Positions 1 through 12,425 of a DNA stretch of 47,306 nt are shown piece by piece. Each line of letters begins with the position of its first letter. Position 1 is the first letter of the stretch. The stretch spans positions 3,700,902 through 3,748,207 of the forward strand of contig NC_068995.1 in assembly GCF_001194135.2 (NCBI RefSeq), given 5' to 3'. Under the pieces are notes generated by a model. It saw nothing but the letters and a program-made list of their open reading frames with translations, made no database searches and was not told the origin of the DNA. Source of the stretch: Octopus bimaculoides (lineage: Eukaryota). The position numbers were made by a program, and so were the translations under genes.

Positions 1-10
1 ATAATAATAA

Positions 11-11
<1 letters not shown>

Positions 12-72
<61 letters not shown>
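12..72. repeat. (TAG)n microsatellite
   Basis: About 20 uninterrupted TAG units, flanked by AAT repeats. Confidence 0.95.
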
Positions 73-684
73 CTAATAATAATAATAAGTAGATAGATAA
101 TTAAATAAGTAAGTAAATAAAAAGGAAACTAAACAAAGGTGGCAGATAAGAAAAGCAGAAAGATCTGTTGGTGGTGAGGTTAGCAAAATTTCTTATCTCG
201 AACTGGACTTGTCACGTGCTACATTCACGATCATCAACAAACGTGGCTCGTCAAAATGGCGTTTGGCTTTGTTGTTTCCTACAACGCCATGCATCTGCCA
301 TGTGAGTTTCAAAATGTCTGCCTCTAATCTCCCTCCCTCCTCCCTTTCTAGCTTTCTTCTTTCTCTCTTTCTCTCCTTCCCTCTTTCTGTTCGTCTCTAT
401 CACAAATTATCTACGTCGTTTTCTTTGTCTCTTTAAAGACTCAGCTTTCAGTTGCTTTTTTTCTTTTTTTGCAATATCATGCAACTTAATCGATGAATTG
501 GAAATCTGTTAAAAAAAATTGAGAAATACGTTGAGTGAGAATCAGATTGTAAGAGACAGAGGGAGAGAGCGAGAGAGAAAAAGAAGGAGAGAGACAGAGA
601 CAGAAGAAGAAAAGATAATAGATACAGAAAGGGAAAAAGTCGGTGTAGTAGAAAAAGAGTTTCATGAGCAAATATTTTTTTTGC

Positions 685-878
685 TATAGGCCCAATGCTT
701 GGAACTATGTGGGAGGAGATTGGATGATTCCATCGAACCTAGTGCTCAACTGGTACTCATTTTATCGACCCGGATGGGCTGAAAGGCAGCCGGCATTCGA
801 AATCAGAACGCAAAGTCGGAAGAAATACTGTTGAGCTTTTTTTTCCGACCCTCTAACCGTACTGCCTGCACGCCGTCC
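685..878 (-). mobile_element. SINE family A copy (decayed)
   Basis: Contains ctcaactggtactcattttatcgacccgga, the reverse complement of the family A core seen many times in this window. Confidence 0.75.
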
Positions 879-1412
879 ACGAAATAGAAATAAGTAATTG
901 TTAGAAATTTAGGGAGAAAGAAAGTGTAATAAAATCGAGTGAAACAGAGAGAGGGAGAAAAGGAGAGAGAAAAAGAGGTAGCGAGAGAGAGAGAGAGAGA
1001 GAGAGAGAGNNNNNNNNNNNNNNNNNNNNNNNNNNNNNNNNNNNNNNNNNNNNNNNNNNNNNNNNNNNNNNNNNNNNNNNNNNNNNNNNNNNNNNNNNNN
1101 NNNNNNNNNNNNNNNNNNNNNNNNNNNNNNNNNNNNNNNNNNNNNNNNNNNNNNNNNNNNNNNNNNNNNNNNNNNNNNNNNNNNNNNNNNNNNNNNNNNN
1201 NNNNNNNNNNNNNNNNNNNNNNNNNNNNNNNNNNNNNNNNNNNNNNNNNNNNNNNNNNNNNNNNNNNNNNNNNNNNNNNNNNNNNNNNNNNNNNNNNNNN
1301 NNNNNNNNNNNNNNNNNNNNNNNNNNNNNNNNNNNNNNNNNNNNNNNNNNNNNNNNNNNNNNNNNNNNNNNNNNNNNNNNNNNNNNNNNNNNNNNNNNNN
1401 NNNNNNNNNNNN

Positions 1413-1490
1413 ATAAATATCGCAAAAAAACGGCTACTCAGATTTTCACGTTGCCGTCCGACGAACGGGAACGTGAAACATGTGTAGAAG
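1413..1490. mobile_element. Head-to-head pair of hammerhead-bearing repeat fragments (Penelope-like LTR-derived)
   Basis: gtccgacgaacgggaacgtga is identical to 31682-31702; left arm tactcagattttcacgttgccgt is the reverse complement of the same unit. Confidence 0.7.
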
Positions 1491-1599
1491 AGTCAACTTA
1501 TATACTGAAAATGAAGGACGACACTTTCAACATCTCTTATAAAGTTTTTCTTTTACGAGTGTATTGTAAATATCTTGGTTTTGAAATTTTTGCAGAAGT

Positions 1600-1795
1600 C
1601 CAGAAAATTTGCGGGAGGGAAAAGTCAATTACACCGACTCTCGTGTTACACTGCTACTTATTTTATCGCCCCACCCAAAAGGATGAAAAGCAAAGTCGAC
1701 TTTCAGCGAAATTTGAACTCAGAACGTAAAGACGGACGAAATGCCGCTAAGTATTTCATCCGGCATGCTAACGATTCTGTTAGCTCGTCACCTTT
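1600..1795 (-). mobile_element. SINE family A copy
   Basis: aaggatgaaaagcaaagtcgac...atttgaactcagaacgtaaagacggacgaaatgccgctaag matches other copies; tRNA-like B box on minus strand. Confidence 0.9.
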
Positions 1796-1852
1796 ATGTT
1801 TTACAAATATATTAATGTATATACATTTACTATATGTATTCTGATAAATAAG

Positions 1853-1891
<39 letters not shown>

Positions 1892-2235
1892 ATAGTATAA
1901 GACTGTATAAATTTATACAAACTAGTTTATGTGTATATAAGTCTGTATAGTGCATGCATACATATACTAGTTTATGTAAATGTGCATGCATAGATTGTAT
2001 GTATGTTTATGCTAGCATATGAAACATACTACATATATAGAATAGTATATGTGTGTGTAGCTTATGTATTTTATATATATTAGCATAATATACGTATATG
2101 TGTTTAGAAACAAGTGCATCTATATATGTGTGACAATATAAGATTATATATGTGTTATATGTATACACTAGTATATGTATGTGTAGCAAATATGCATGCA
2201 TATATTAATATGTTTATGTATATGATTATATATGT

Positions 2236-2302
<67 letters not shown>

Positions 2303-3839
2303 NNNNNNNNNNNNNNNNNNNNNNNNNNNNNNNNNNNNNNNNNNNNNNNNNNNNNNNNNNNNNNNNNNNNNNNNNNNNNNNNNNNNNNNNNNNNNNNNNN
2401 NNNNNNNNNNNNNNNNNNNNNNNNNNNNNNNNNNNNNNNNNNNNNNNNNNNNNNNNNNNNNNNNNNNNNNNNNNNNNNNNNNNNNNNNNNNNNNNNNNNN
2501 NNNNNNNNNNNNNNNNNNNNNNNNNNNNNNNNNNNNNNNNNNNNNNNNNNNNNNNNNNNNNNNNNNNNNNNNNNNNNNNNNNNNNNNNNNNNNNNNNNNN
2601 NNNNNNNNNNNNNNNNNNNNNNNNNNNNNNNNNNNNNNNNNNNNNNNNNNNNNNNNNNNNNNNNNNNNNNNNNNNNNNNNNNNNNNNNNNNNNNNNNNNN
2701 NNNNNNNNNNNNNNNNNNNNNNNNNNNNNNNNNNNNNNNNNNNNNNNNNNNNNNNNNNNNNNNNNNNNNNNNNNNNNNNNNNNNNNNNNNNNNNNNNNNN
2801 NNNNNNNNNNNNNNNNNNNNNNNNNNNNNNNNNNNNNNNNNNNNNNNNNNNNNNNNNNNNNNNNNNNNNNNNNNNNNNNNNNNNNNNNNNNNNNNNNNNN
2901 NNNNNNNNNNNNNNNNNNNNNNNNNNNNNNNNNNNNNNNNNNNNNNNNNNNNNNNNNNNNNNNNNNNNNNNNNNNNNNNNNNNNNNNNNNNNNNNNNNNN
3001 NNNNNNNNNNNNNNNNNNNNNNNNNNNNNNNNNNNNNNNNNNNNNNNNNNNNNNNNNNNNNNNNNNNNNNNNNNNNNNNNNNNNNNNNNNNNNNNNNNNN
3101 NNNNNNNNNNNNNNNNNNNNNNNNNNNNNNNNNNNNNNNNNNNNNNNNNNNNNNNNNNNNNNNNNNNNNNNNNNNNATATATATATAAATATAAATATAT
3201 ATATATAAATATAAATATATATATACACACACATACTTATATACACATATATACTTATATGATGGATGTCTCTTATACAGACATACATACACAGACACAC
3301 ATATACATACATAGATATACGCACACATACGTACATGCATGTATCTATATATGCATAAATATATACATGTATGCATACCCATAGACATAATCACACACGC
3401 ACACACACATATATACATACTTATATACAAACACACATACAAACATTAGACATACATACATCTTACGTACGCACATACATATATTTTACATACANNNNNN
3501 NNNNATACAAACACACATACAAACATTAGACATACATACATCTTACGTACGCACATACATATATTTTACATACATATATATGTTTACACACATATATACA
3601 CACATACATAGATACATACATAAAAAATTATATTGCATTCAAAATATCCAAATATCAATATTTTTTGTTTATTCTTTATTCCTTCATTCTTGTATATACA
3701 TATAAATATATTTGTATGTATATGGATGTATGTATAATACACACACACACATACACACACATATATATGCATATATACATATATATGCGTATATATCCAT
3801 ACACACATACACACTTGCACACACACATGCACATTTTGA

Positions 3840-3990
3840 TTATGCCGTGTTATCACAATTGTCTGACGAACAATCACGTGAAACTCCGGGTGAGGTTTTG
3901 TGAAGGTATTTTCAGCTTTACAAAATATATTACTCGTCTGGTGGTAATCGAGTACTGCTCTTTCTACCTTGCTTTGCACCTATCTTACGC
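3840..3990 (+). mobile_element. Hammerhead-bearing short repeat (decayed)
   Basis: CTGACGA-AC-AATCAC-GT-GAAA-CTCCGGG-TG at 3863-3892; downstream tatattactc...ggtaatcgagtact resembles the minus-strand repeat at 31537-31678. Confidence 0.65.
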
Positions 3991-4015
3991 ATGTGTGTAT
4001 ACGTAAGTATATATA

Positions 4016-4057
<42 letters not shown>

Positions 4058-4198
4058 TACATATGCATGTCTATACACACATATATATATATACATATAC
4101 ATACATACGCACACACATGCACACACAAACACACACACATATATAGGCATATATGTATATATACATATATATACACATACATATATATACATATATGT

Positions 4199-4247
<49 letters not shown>

Positions 4248-4284
4248 GGCATATACACACACACTTACACACACACAAACACAC

Positions 4285-4345
<61 letters not shown>

Positions 4346-4921
4346 TATCAACTACAATGAGTTAAGAGAAAATAACAATAACCAAAATGAGCGAAAGGCT
4401 GTGATGAATGCCACGCATGACAGATTACTCTTTATTAAAAGTAACCTGTTGATGATTGTTCCAGAGACTGAATAGGGAAGGGAGATCACTGAAAAACAAT
4501 TAAACACAAAACATCGTCTAAGTTATTGCTTTGCAAAGATAATAAGAAAACAATTTCATTTTCGTTTCGAAGCTGGATGAGTTACGGGAACATGGGTTTC
4601 TGCCGCTATAAGCGTCGTTAGCATAGCATTGTCTCTTGTAACTGAAATTAGACATGTGACATATACCATAGTATTTAGAATATTTCAGGTCAAAGAGGTG
4701 ATTGGTTTATAAAGACGGCGGAGCGTTGTACCCATACCGTGTGAGATAAATTCTTAATGTTTAAGTAAATTTTTTACAGACAAATACATAACAAAGCACA
4801 TTTATATAAACTCATACATTCTCACATAGATGCACTTATATATATATATGCACATACGTAATATGTATATGTACATACATACATGCATACAAGAACATGC
4901 ACACACATACAAACATATATG

Positions 4922-4964
<43 letters not shown>

Positions 4965-5799
4965 NNNNNNNNNNNNNNNNNNNNNNNNNNNNNNNNNNNN
5001 NNNNNNNNNNNNNNNNNNNNNNNNNNNNNNNNNNNNNNNNNNNNNNNNNNNNNNNNNNNNNNNNNNNNNNNNNNNNNNNNNNNNNNNNNNNNNNNNNNNN
5101 NNNNNNNNNNNNNNNNNNNNNNNNNNNNNNNNNNNNNNNNNNNNNNNNNNNNNNNNNNNNNNNNNNNNNNNNNNNNNNNNNNNNNNNNNNNNNNNNNNNN
5201 NNNNNNNNNNNNNNNNNNNNNNNNNNNNNNNNNNNNNNNNNNNNNNNNNNNNNNNNNNNNNNNNNNNNNNNNNNNNNNNNNNNNNNNNNNNNNNNNNNNN
5301 NNNNNNNNNNNNNNNNNNNNNNNNNNNNNNNNNNNNNNNNNNNNNNNNNNNNNNNNNNNNNNNNNNNNNNNNNNNNNNNNNNNNNNNNNNNNNNNNNNNN
5401 NNNNNNNNNNNNNNNNNNNNNNNNNNNNNNNNNNNNNNNNNNNNNNNNNNNNNNNNNNNNNNNNNNNNNNNNNNNNNNNNNNNNNNNNNNNNNNNNNNNN
5501 NNNNTATATATATATATATAAATGTATGTATGTATATATATATGTATATATGTATATATATATATATATATTTATAAATACATATATATATGTATATACG
5601 CACTTACACATACCCATATACATACATACATACATACATACATACATACATACATGCATTCATACATACATATGTATATAAATATATATGTATATGCCAG
5701 TGTGTGTGTGGGTGTTTTATCGATTAACTATCTTGATCACATGATTAAAATCAGTTGTGGTGTCTGCCAGAAGAATCTCTTGGAAAAATCTCATGGACG

Positions 5800-5890
5800 A
5801 ATCGGTTTTCATTCGAAGCTGAAATTTCAGGAGCCTACACTCAGAATCTCTTGTTGGTGATCTTCGGACGGTTGGGAATAGCTGGAACAT
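5800..5890 (-). mobile_element. Highly decayed copy of the 3840-3990 hammerhead-bearing repeat
   Basis: Minus strand cccaaccgt-CCGAAGA-TC-ACCAAC-AA-GAGA-TTCTGAG-TG-taggctcctgaaatttcagctt aligns in register with the 3863 copy. Confidence 0.45.
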
Positions 5891-5964
5891 GAAATTTGGT
5901 ATACGATGACCATGTAATAAACTATTTTAATAACAAAGTGAACGCTGGTCAGTTGATATGAAAA

Positions 5965-5996
<32 letters not shown>

Positions 5997-6396
5997 NNNN
6001 NNNNNNNNNNNNNNNNNNNNNNNNNNNNNNNNNNNNNNNNNNNNNNNNNNNNNNNNNNNNNNNNNNNNNNNNNNNNNNNNNNNNNNNNNNNNNNNNNNNN
6101 NNNNNNNNNNNNNNNNNNNNNNNNNNNNNNNNNNNNNNNNNNNNNNNNNNNNNNNNNNNNNNNNNNNNNNNNNNNNNNNNNNNNNNNNNNNNNNNNNNNN
6201 NNNNNNNNNNNNNNNNNNNNNNNNNNNNNNNNNNNNNNNNNNNNNNNNNNNNNNNNNNNNNNNNNNNNNNNNNNNNNNNNNNNNNNNNNNNNNNNNNNNN
6301 NNNNNNNNNNNNNNNNNNNNNNNNNNNNNNNNNNNNNNNNNNNNNNNNNNNNNNNNNNNNNNNNNNNNNNNNNNNNTATATATATATAAATATATG

Positions 6397-6560
6397 CGCA
6401 GGCATGGCTGTGTGGTAAGAGGTTTACTTCCCACCTACATTGTTCCGGGTTCAGTCGTACGGCGTGGCACCTTCAGCAAGTGTCTTCGGCTATAGCCTCG
6501 GGCCGGCCAATGCTTTGTGAGTGCATTTGGTAGACGGAAACTGAAAGAATCTCATGGTGT
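6397..6560 (+). mobile_element. SINE family B copy (tRNA head plus CORE-like segment)
   Basis: ggcatggctgtgtggtaag (A box)...ccgggttcagtc (B box)...ggcacctt...gcaagtgtctt...tggtagacggaaactgaaaga; over 10 copies in the window. Confidence 0.9.
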
Positions 6561-7004
6561 ATATATGTATATAACTATGCGTATGTGTCTTTGTGTCTGT
6601 GTTTGTCAGTATTCAAAAATTGTATGTAGTTATTATATTTAAGTGAGTTGAAAATACTGGGAAATATCTTTTGCAGAGTAAATTGCATGTTAAAACAGGA
6701 GATTAGAAAAAAAAATGGTTTTATTTATTTACCATTACACGTGTTTCGTTTGCTAATAGGGCTTACAAAATTATTTGATTCTCTGCCCGAAGCATTTCTC
6801 GTAAAAGATACTTGTACTATAGAATGCATAGGATAAAATAAAAAATCATTGAAATGTATAGGTACTTTATTTTATGGTACTTTATATTACAAACCCACGA
6901 AAGAATGAAAGGTTAAGTTTACATAGAAGGGAGTTCAGCTTGGAACATTTGGGTTTGCAGCAAAATACCACAAGGCATTTTTCATTGTCGCTGTCCCATT
7001 TCCC

Positions 7005-7245
7005 ATTTCTTTGCAATATTGCATCCTCTCGCAGAATCGTCGGCATGCCGGTCAAAATGCTTGACAGCTTTTCGTCCGTCTTTACTTTCTGAGTTCAAAT
7101 TCCGCCGAGTTCGACTTCGCCTTTTATTCTTTCGGAGTCAATAAAAATAAGTACCAGTTGAACACTGGGGTTGATGTAATCGATTTAGTCCCTCCCCCAC
7201 CAAAATCTTGCTGGCCTTGGTTCAAAATTTGAAAGCAATATTATT
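7005..7245 (+). mobile_element. SINE family A copy
   Basis: gcagaatcgt...ctgagttcaaattccgccgag...cggagtcaataaaaataagtaccagttg...caaaatttgaaagcaatatt. Confidence 0.9.
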
Positions 7246-8394
7246 TCCTATCGCCATTTTGTTACATGAATAAATGTTAGATTCTAAACGTAAATTACCC
7301 CATCAAGTATTGACACAATATTTAATTTGTTCGATACACACTCACTTTCACATACACACGCATTCACTCATGAAGACCCCGTAGTGTTAATGTAATTTCT
7401 GTACACACACAAATATAGTAACTATTATTTCCTTCGTCAGAATTCAATTAATAATGTTTTTTTCCTCCTGTACACATTACACTGTCCTCAAATATCAAAC
7501 GAAATATTTTTACTTCTAATGGCTTCTAAACCGGCAATTACTTCCAACAGTTTCTCTATAAAAAAAAGAAACAAACTGATATTTTGCCTGTCTGTCTGAC
7601 CACCTGTCTGTCTATGTCTCTCTCCTTCTAGCACATACGTTGATACACATACATACATATACACGCGTACATTCATCAGCATCTCACAGATACCTCTCGC
7701 ATACAAGAGCTTGTGCATAGTCGTTCAGCCTACAAGAAATAACAGTGAACTCTCCTCACTGTCTTAAAAGAGGATTCATCAGAAAATGTAGTACTGGATC
7801 CTTTGTACATAGAAAACAGACAAGTTCATATAAAAACTCTTTAGTTATAATGGTTAAAGTGCGACAAAAACATCTACTCATTATTAATCTAAATTTCGTA
7901 TTCACTGTTAGTTCTAATGCCATTTGTTAAACACAGTAAGATCTATAATTATTACGAAGCCGCTGACAACAAACTTCTACATCTTGCTCACAAATATGTC
8001 TCCACATACTACTATTTACACTACTATCACAATAGTAAAATGGTACGTTTTTATTCCTCACTTTATAAGCAGTTTAATTATAGATTCATCAATTTTCGTG
8101 TAAAGGACAAAAGCATGTCAACATTATGTCAAAGTTTTTACTCTTTCAAATAGTCATAAGTGAATTATTTAAAACGATATTTTGTTATATATTTAATACT
8201 TCATATTTGTTTTACATATATATATATAGACAGCCTGTTTCTGTATTTTGTGTATCATCAATATTGAGTAATAAATCAATACAATGTAAATTAAATAATT
8301 ATGTTATATTCAAACAGTGTATTCAAATAATTGTTGTCTTATCTGACCAGAAAGAAAGAAAAAAAGAGAAAGAAGGTAAGTGCAAAACAACGAG

Positions 8395-8590
8395 ATGGTG
8401 CCAAACATTTTTTGAGACGGAAATAAAAAAGATACTGAACGTACGGAAGGCATTCTTCTTTTCTGCCGGGGCCGACTTTGCCTTTCATCCAAATAGGGCC
8501 GATAAAATAAATACCAGTTGAGCACTGGCGTCGATGTAATCGACTTACTCCATACTCCAAAAATGCTGGCCTTGTGTAAAAATTAGAAAA
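8395..8590 (+). mobile_element. SINE family A copy (5' decayed)
   Basis: gccgactttgcctttcatcc...gccgataaaataaataccagttgagcactggcgtcgatgtaatcgactta. Confidence 0.85.
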
Positions 8591-9379
8591 CAGTATTTTC
8601 AGTTTGCAGTGAAAAAAAAAAAGGCAAAACATATTAGCCCAGTAAAGAAAATAAAATTATTCATGGCGGGTCAACTGTGTAAGGCAGTTAAATATAATCT
8701 TCTTAAAGAGGTAACGTATTTCTAACGTAGGATAAAATTTGTCCTGCAGTATAAGCACGCACGTATTGTTCACAAACCTTATTTTAAATATCTGGCATGA
8801 GAGCTCGGTCACTGTTGATGGATGTTGTTGAAAGCAGAATGCTGCTTGATAAACATCTAGAACTACTTCTATAACAAGCAAAGTGGTTGTCTGCGGTTTG
8901 TCTCTATCGTTCCACATAACCCCCGCTTGATTTGATAATGTTGTGTTCAATATAAATCCCTGGCGTCTGCTCTTGGGCAGCTATTAACAACATATCTTTT
9001 GTCTTCTATCTTTGCCTTGTTTTCATCATTGGACGACGGCCATCATGGGGCACTGCATTGAAGGGTTTATATTATTTTAATTCTGGTACTCATCTTACCG
9101 GCCGCTACATTATGGGAACGCAAACAAACCGACACCCCGGGACACACAAAAGCACAAAGACACACACACACATATCTATATATATATATGTATATACATA
9201 AATACATACATACATACATAGAAAGATACATACATACATACATAGAAAGATACATACATAGAAAGATACATAAATACATACATACATATATATATATATA
9301 TACACACACACAAACACACACACATACACAGACTCACGCATACCCACACGTACACACACGTACGCACACACATACACGA

Positions 9380-9527
9380 CGATGAGCGTCTTTGAGCTTC
9401 CTTCCTCGAAATCCAGTCACAAGGATTTAGTCGGCTGAAAGCTATAGAAGAAAGCACTTGCCCAGCGTGTCACGCAGTGGGACTGAACCCGGAACCAAGC
9501 AAACTTCGTACCGCACAACCACACTTG
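9380..9527 (-). mobile_element. SINE family B copy
   Basis: cacttgcccagcgtgtcacgcagtgggactgaacccggaacc is the reverse complement of the family B head. Confidence 0.85.
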
Positions 9528-9920
9528 TGAAGAGTAAATAAATACCAGCATAAAATCCGTTTAGTTATATATTTTTCATATTATTTCTGATGATATCTGA
9601 GTTATCATTTCATGCGTCGTGAGTAACGTTTTACAAAAATCGTCATATTTTTCGTTTATCAAGCTAAAAATAAATGTCTATATGAGGAGGAACTGAAAAT
9701 AAAGGTCTATGTTTGTATAAACGGGAAAAAACAATCTACGAAATCAGGTAGAAAACAAATGGCGGATTAAAGGTAAGGATCCTTTTAAAGTTTATCAACT
9801 TAGATAAACACATTTTGTGACCGTGATTCATTTGTGTTGACTCCGACTAAAAAGGTACGTTTTACAGGTCACATCTCCACGTCAGATTCCTTAGATTATC
9901 AATATACTCTTACACACATG

Positions 9921-9974
<54 letters not shown>

Positions 9975-10177
9975 TACATTTAGACAGACACGCAGACAGA
10001 CAGACACATGCATATATGTATATATATATATATATGTATATAAGCGTATATCTATGAGCACATAAGCACACTCATATACTCACATATATGTGTATATGTG
10101 TGTATATATATCTGTCTATATATGTGTATATATATGTGTATATACATATACATATATATATATACATATATATACAC

Positions 10178-10216
<39 letters not shown>

Positions 10217-10470
10217 NNNNNNNNNNNNNNNNNNNNNNNNNNNNNNNNNNNNNNNNNNNNNNNNNNNNNNNNNNNNNNNNNNNNNNNNNNNNNNNNNNNN
10301 NNNNNNNNNNNNNNNNNNNNNNNNNNNNNNNNNNNNNNNNNNNNNNNNNNNNNNNNNNNNNNNNNNNNNNNNNNNNNNNNNNNNNNNNNNNNNNNNNNNN
10401 NNNNNNNNNNNNNNNNNNNNNNNNNNNNNNNNNNNNNNNNNNNNNNNNNNNNNNNNNNNNNNNNNNNNNN

Positions 10471-10510
<40 letters not shown>

Positions 10511-10549
10511 CACACACACATATATACACATATGTGTAAGCGTATGAGT

Positions 10550-10621
10550 GTGCCTTTTCATCTTGGGAGAGAGATGGAAGTCTGCAGGTGCTGAATCTAG
10601 TGAATAGGATGGGTACAGAAC
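10550..10621 (-). pseudogene. mariner transposase fragment (C-terminal catalytic motif)
   Basis: Translates VLYPSYSLDSAPADFHLSPKMKRH, a degenerate mariner LPHPPYSPDLAPSDFHLFPKLK motif. Confidence 0.75.
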
Positions 10622-10844
10622 GAATACCATGTTGCTTCATTTAATACAAAAAATGTACAGGGTCATATTTTGCTCGCCCACACCCACACCGGTATAGCAG
10701 TACAGTAAGTTAGACAAGTAAGACCACGACTGTCTATGACCGTCTACTTCGTACTCTCTACTACCACTGACACTGGCTGACAGTATTTATAACTACCACC
10801 ACATACCAGTCGTAATTATCCCTATAACATTATCCCTAGAACAC

Positions 10845-10945
10845 AGAATCTATGATAGAAAACGTTTGCTCAAAGTGTCGAGTGGTGGAAAAGAACCTGA
10901 AACCTCACGGTTGCAAAACGAATCTCTTAACCACACAACCATACA
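10845..10945 (-). mobile_element. SINE family B head fragment
   Basis: aacgtttgctcaaagtgtcg...ggttgcaaaacgaatctcttaaccacacaacc resembles the reverse-complemented family B head. Confidence 0.6.
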
Positions 10946-11189
10946 CCGACCATATGAAATATGTGATTGCGAATCATGTGAGAACAATAAAAAAAAAAGT
11001 ACAGCTTCTTGGCTTGATTCCAAGACACACGAGCCACAATAGATAAATATGGCATGAAATCGGTTTATTGAAATATCAATACAATTCCATTGTTTTGTAC
11101 CAAAATTAAGTGGCTCTATCTGTGTTGTTTGTAAAGAAAGGAATCTGCGTATTTTACGCCAAAAATGGTTGTTTTTATCGGTTTTATTG

Positions 11190-11349
11190 GCGCATGCGTG
11201 ACTGTGTGGTAAAGAGCTTGTTTCCCAACCACATGGTTCCGAGTTCAGTCCTGCTGCGTGGCACCTTAGGCGAGTGTATTCTACTATATCTTCGGGTCGA
11301 CCAAAGCCTTGTGAGTGTATTTGGTAAACGGAAACTGAAAGAAGCCCGT

Positions 11350-11445
<96 letters not shown>

Positions 11446-11600
11446 CGTGTGTGTATGTGCACACATGTGTGTCTGTATTTGTCCCTCACCACTGCTTGAC
11501 AACCGGTGTTGGTATGTTTACGTTCCCGTGACTTAGTGGTTCGGCCGATGGAATAAATTCCAGGCTTGAAAAATTCTTCAAGCAGTGCCGCAGTCCAATA
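11190..11600 (+). mobile_element. SINE family B copy with internal (TA)n(TG)n
   Basis: Head at 11190-11350, microsatellite at 11353-11460, 3' part gacaaccggtgttggtatgtttacg... shared with 14640-14860. Confidence 0.9.
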
Positions 11601-11903
11601 TCTGAAAGAAATAAAAGAACAAAAGACAAAGTCGTTGGTTAAGACGGATCTAAAAAAGGATGGAAGTCCGACCAGTTAGAGAAATCAAAATTTCTCCCAA
11701 GGACGATTTAAAATAGATATATTTAAAAAAAAACTGTCTTAAAACATAAGGTGATGTTATGTTGTCAACTTAATGTGGCAGTCCCATGAAAGGGAAGAAT
11801 GCTACTGCTATTTAGCCCTAGGAAACACCGTTTCCAGTTGGCCATGACACATTTTGTGTGTCCTTATGCTTTCAAAGGGGGGGATAAGCACCTCTACCCA
11901 GCA

Positions 11904-11946
11904 TCCAGAGACTAGTTTCAGAGTCATTGCTCATCATCAGTCTGGA
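11904..11946 (-). ncRNA. Type I hammerhead ribozyme motif
   Basis: Minus strand TCCAGA-CTGATGA-T.GAG-CAATGA-CTC.T-GAAA-CTAG-TC-TCTGGA: complete core, perfect 6-bp stem I, GUC site, palindromic ACTAGT stem III; U-U at base of stem II. Confidence 0.8.
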
Positions 11947-12284
11947 GTAGCATGGCTTGCTAGCTGTCGATGAGTATTCGTCTTTGAAAACATGTTTATT
12001 TCAAGTGAAATACATTCATTGATTGCCTTAAAACAATTTACCTGAAAATAACGTCTCTGAGAAGCGAAAGTAACTTTAAATCTTCAAATTAGAACATCGT
12101 AGTATAACAAATACACATTGGAAAAGGCAGTTCAAGATGGAAAACGAAAAAAAGAAAAAAAAAAAGAAAACTTTCTTTCTTTCTTTCTCTCTCACACACG
12201 CACGCGCACTCACACACGCACAAAGAGATGGGGTGATCATGGCTAGACTATCTGTGATCATAGGTCAAACCTGGAGCTAAAATC

Positions 12285-12425
12285 ATCACCATCATCACCA
12301 TCATCAATAACAACTATAAGAACAAGAACCACGACGACGACGACGACAACAACAGCAGCAACAGCAACAACAACAACAACAACAACCACAGCAACAACCA
12401 CAGCTACAGCCCCACCAACAACGAC
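12285..12425. repeat. Compound trinucleotide repeat (CAT/GAC/AAC/CAG)
   Basis: Phase-maintained runs of catcac, acg, aca and gca units. Confidence 0.85.

Noticed and set aside
111-436. Open frame with a GTGAGT donor-like site at 302
   Set aside because: No acceptor, no recognisable protein, and the 3' part is a CT-rich low-complexity tract
3425-3574. Exact 70-bp direct repeat
   Set aside because: Copies flank a 10-N gap, so this is most likely an unmerged contig overlap; 19872-20060 looks similar
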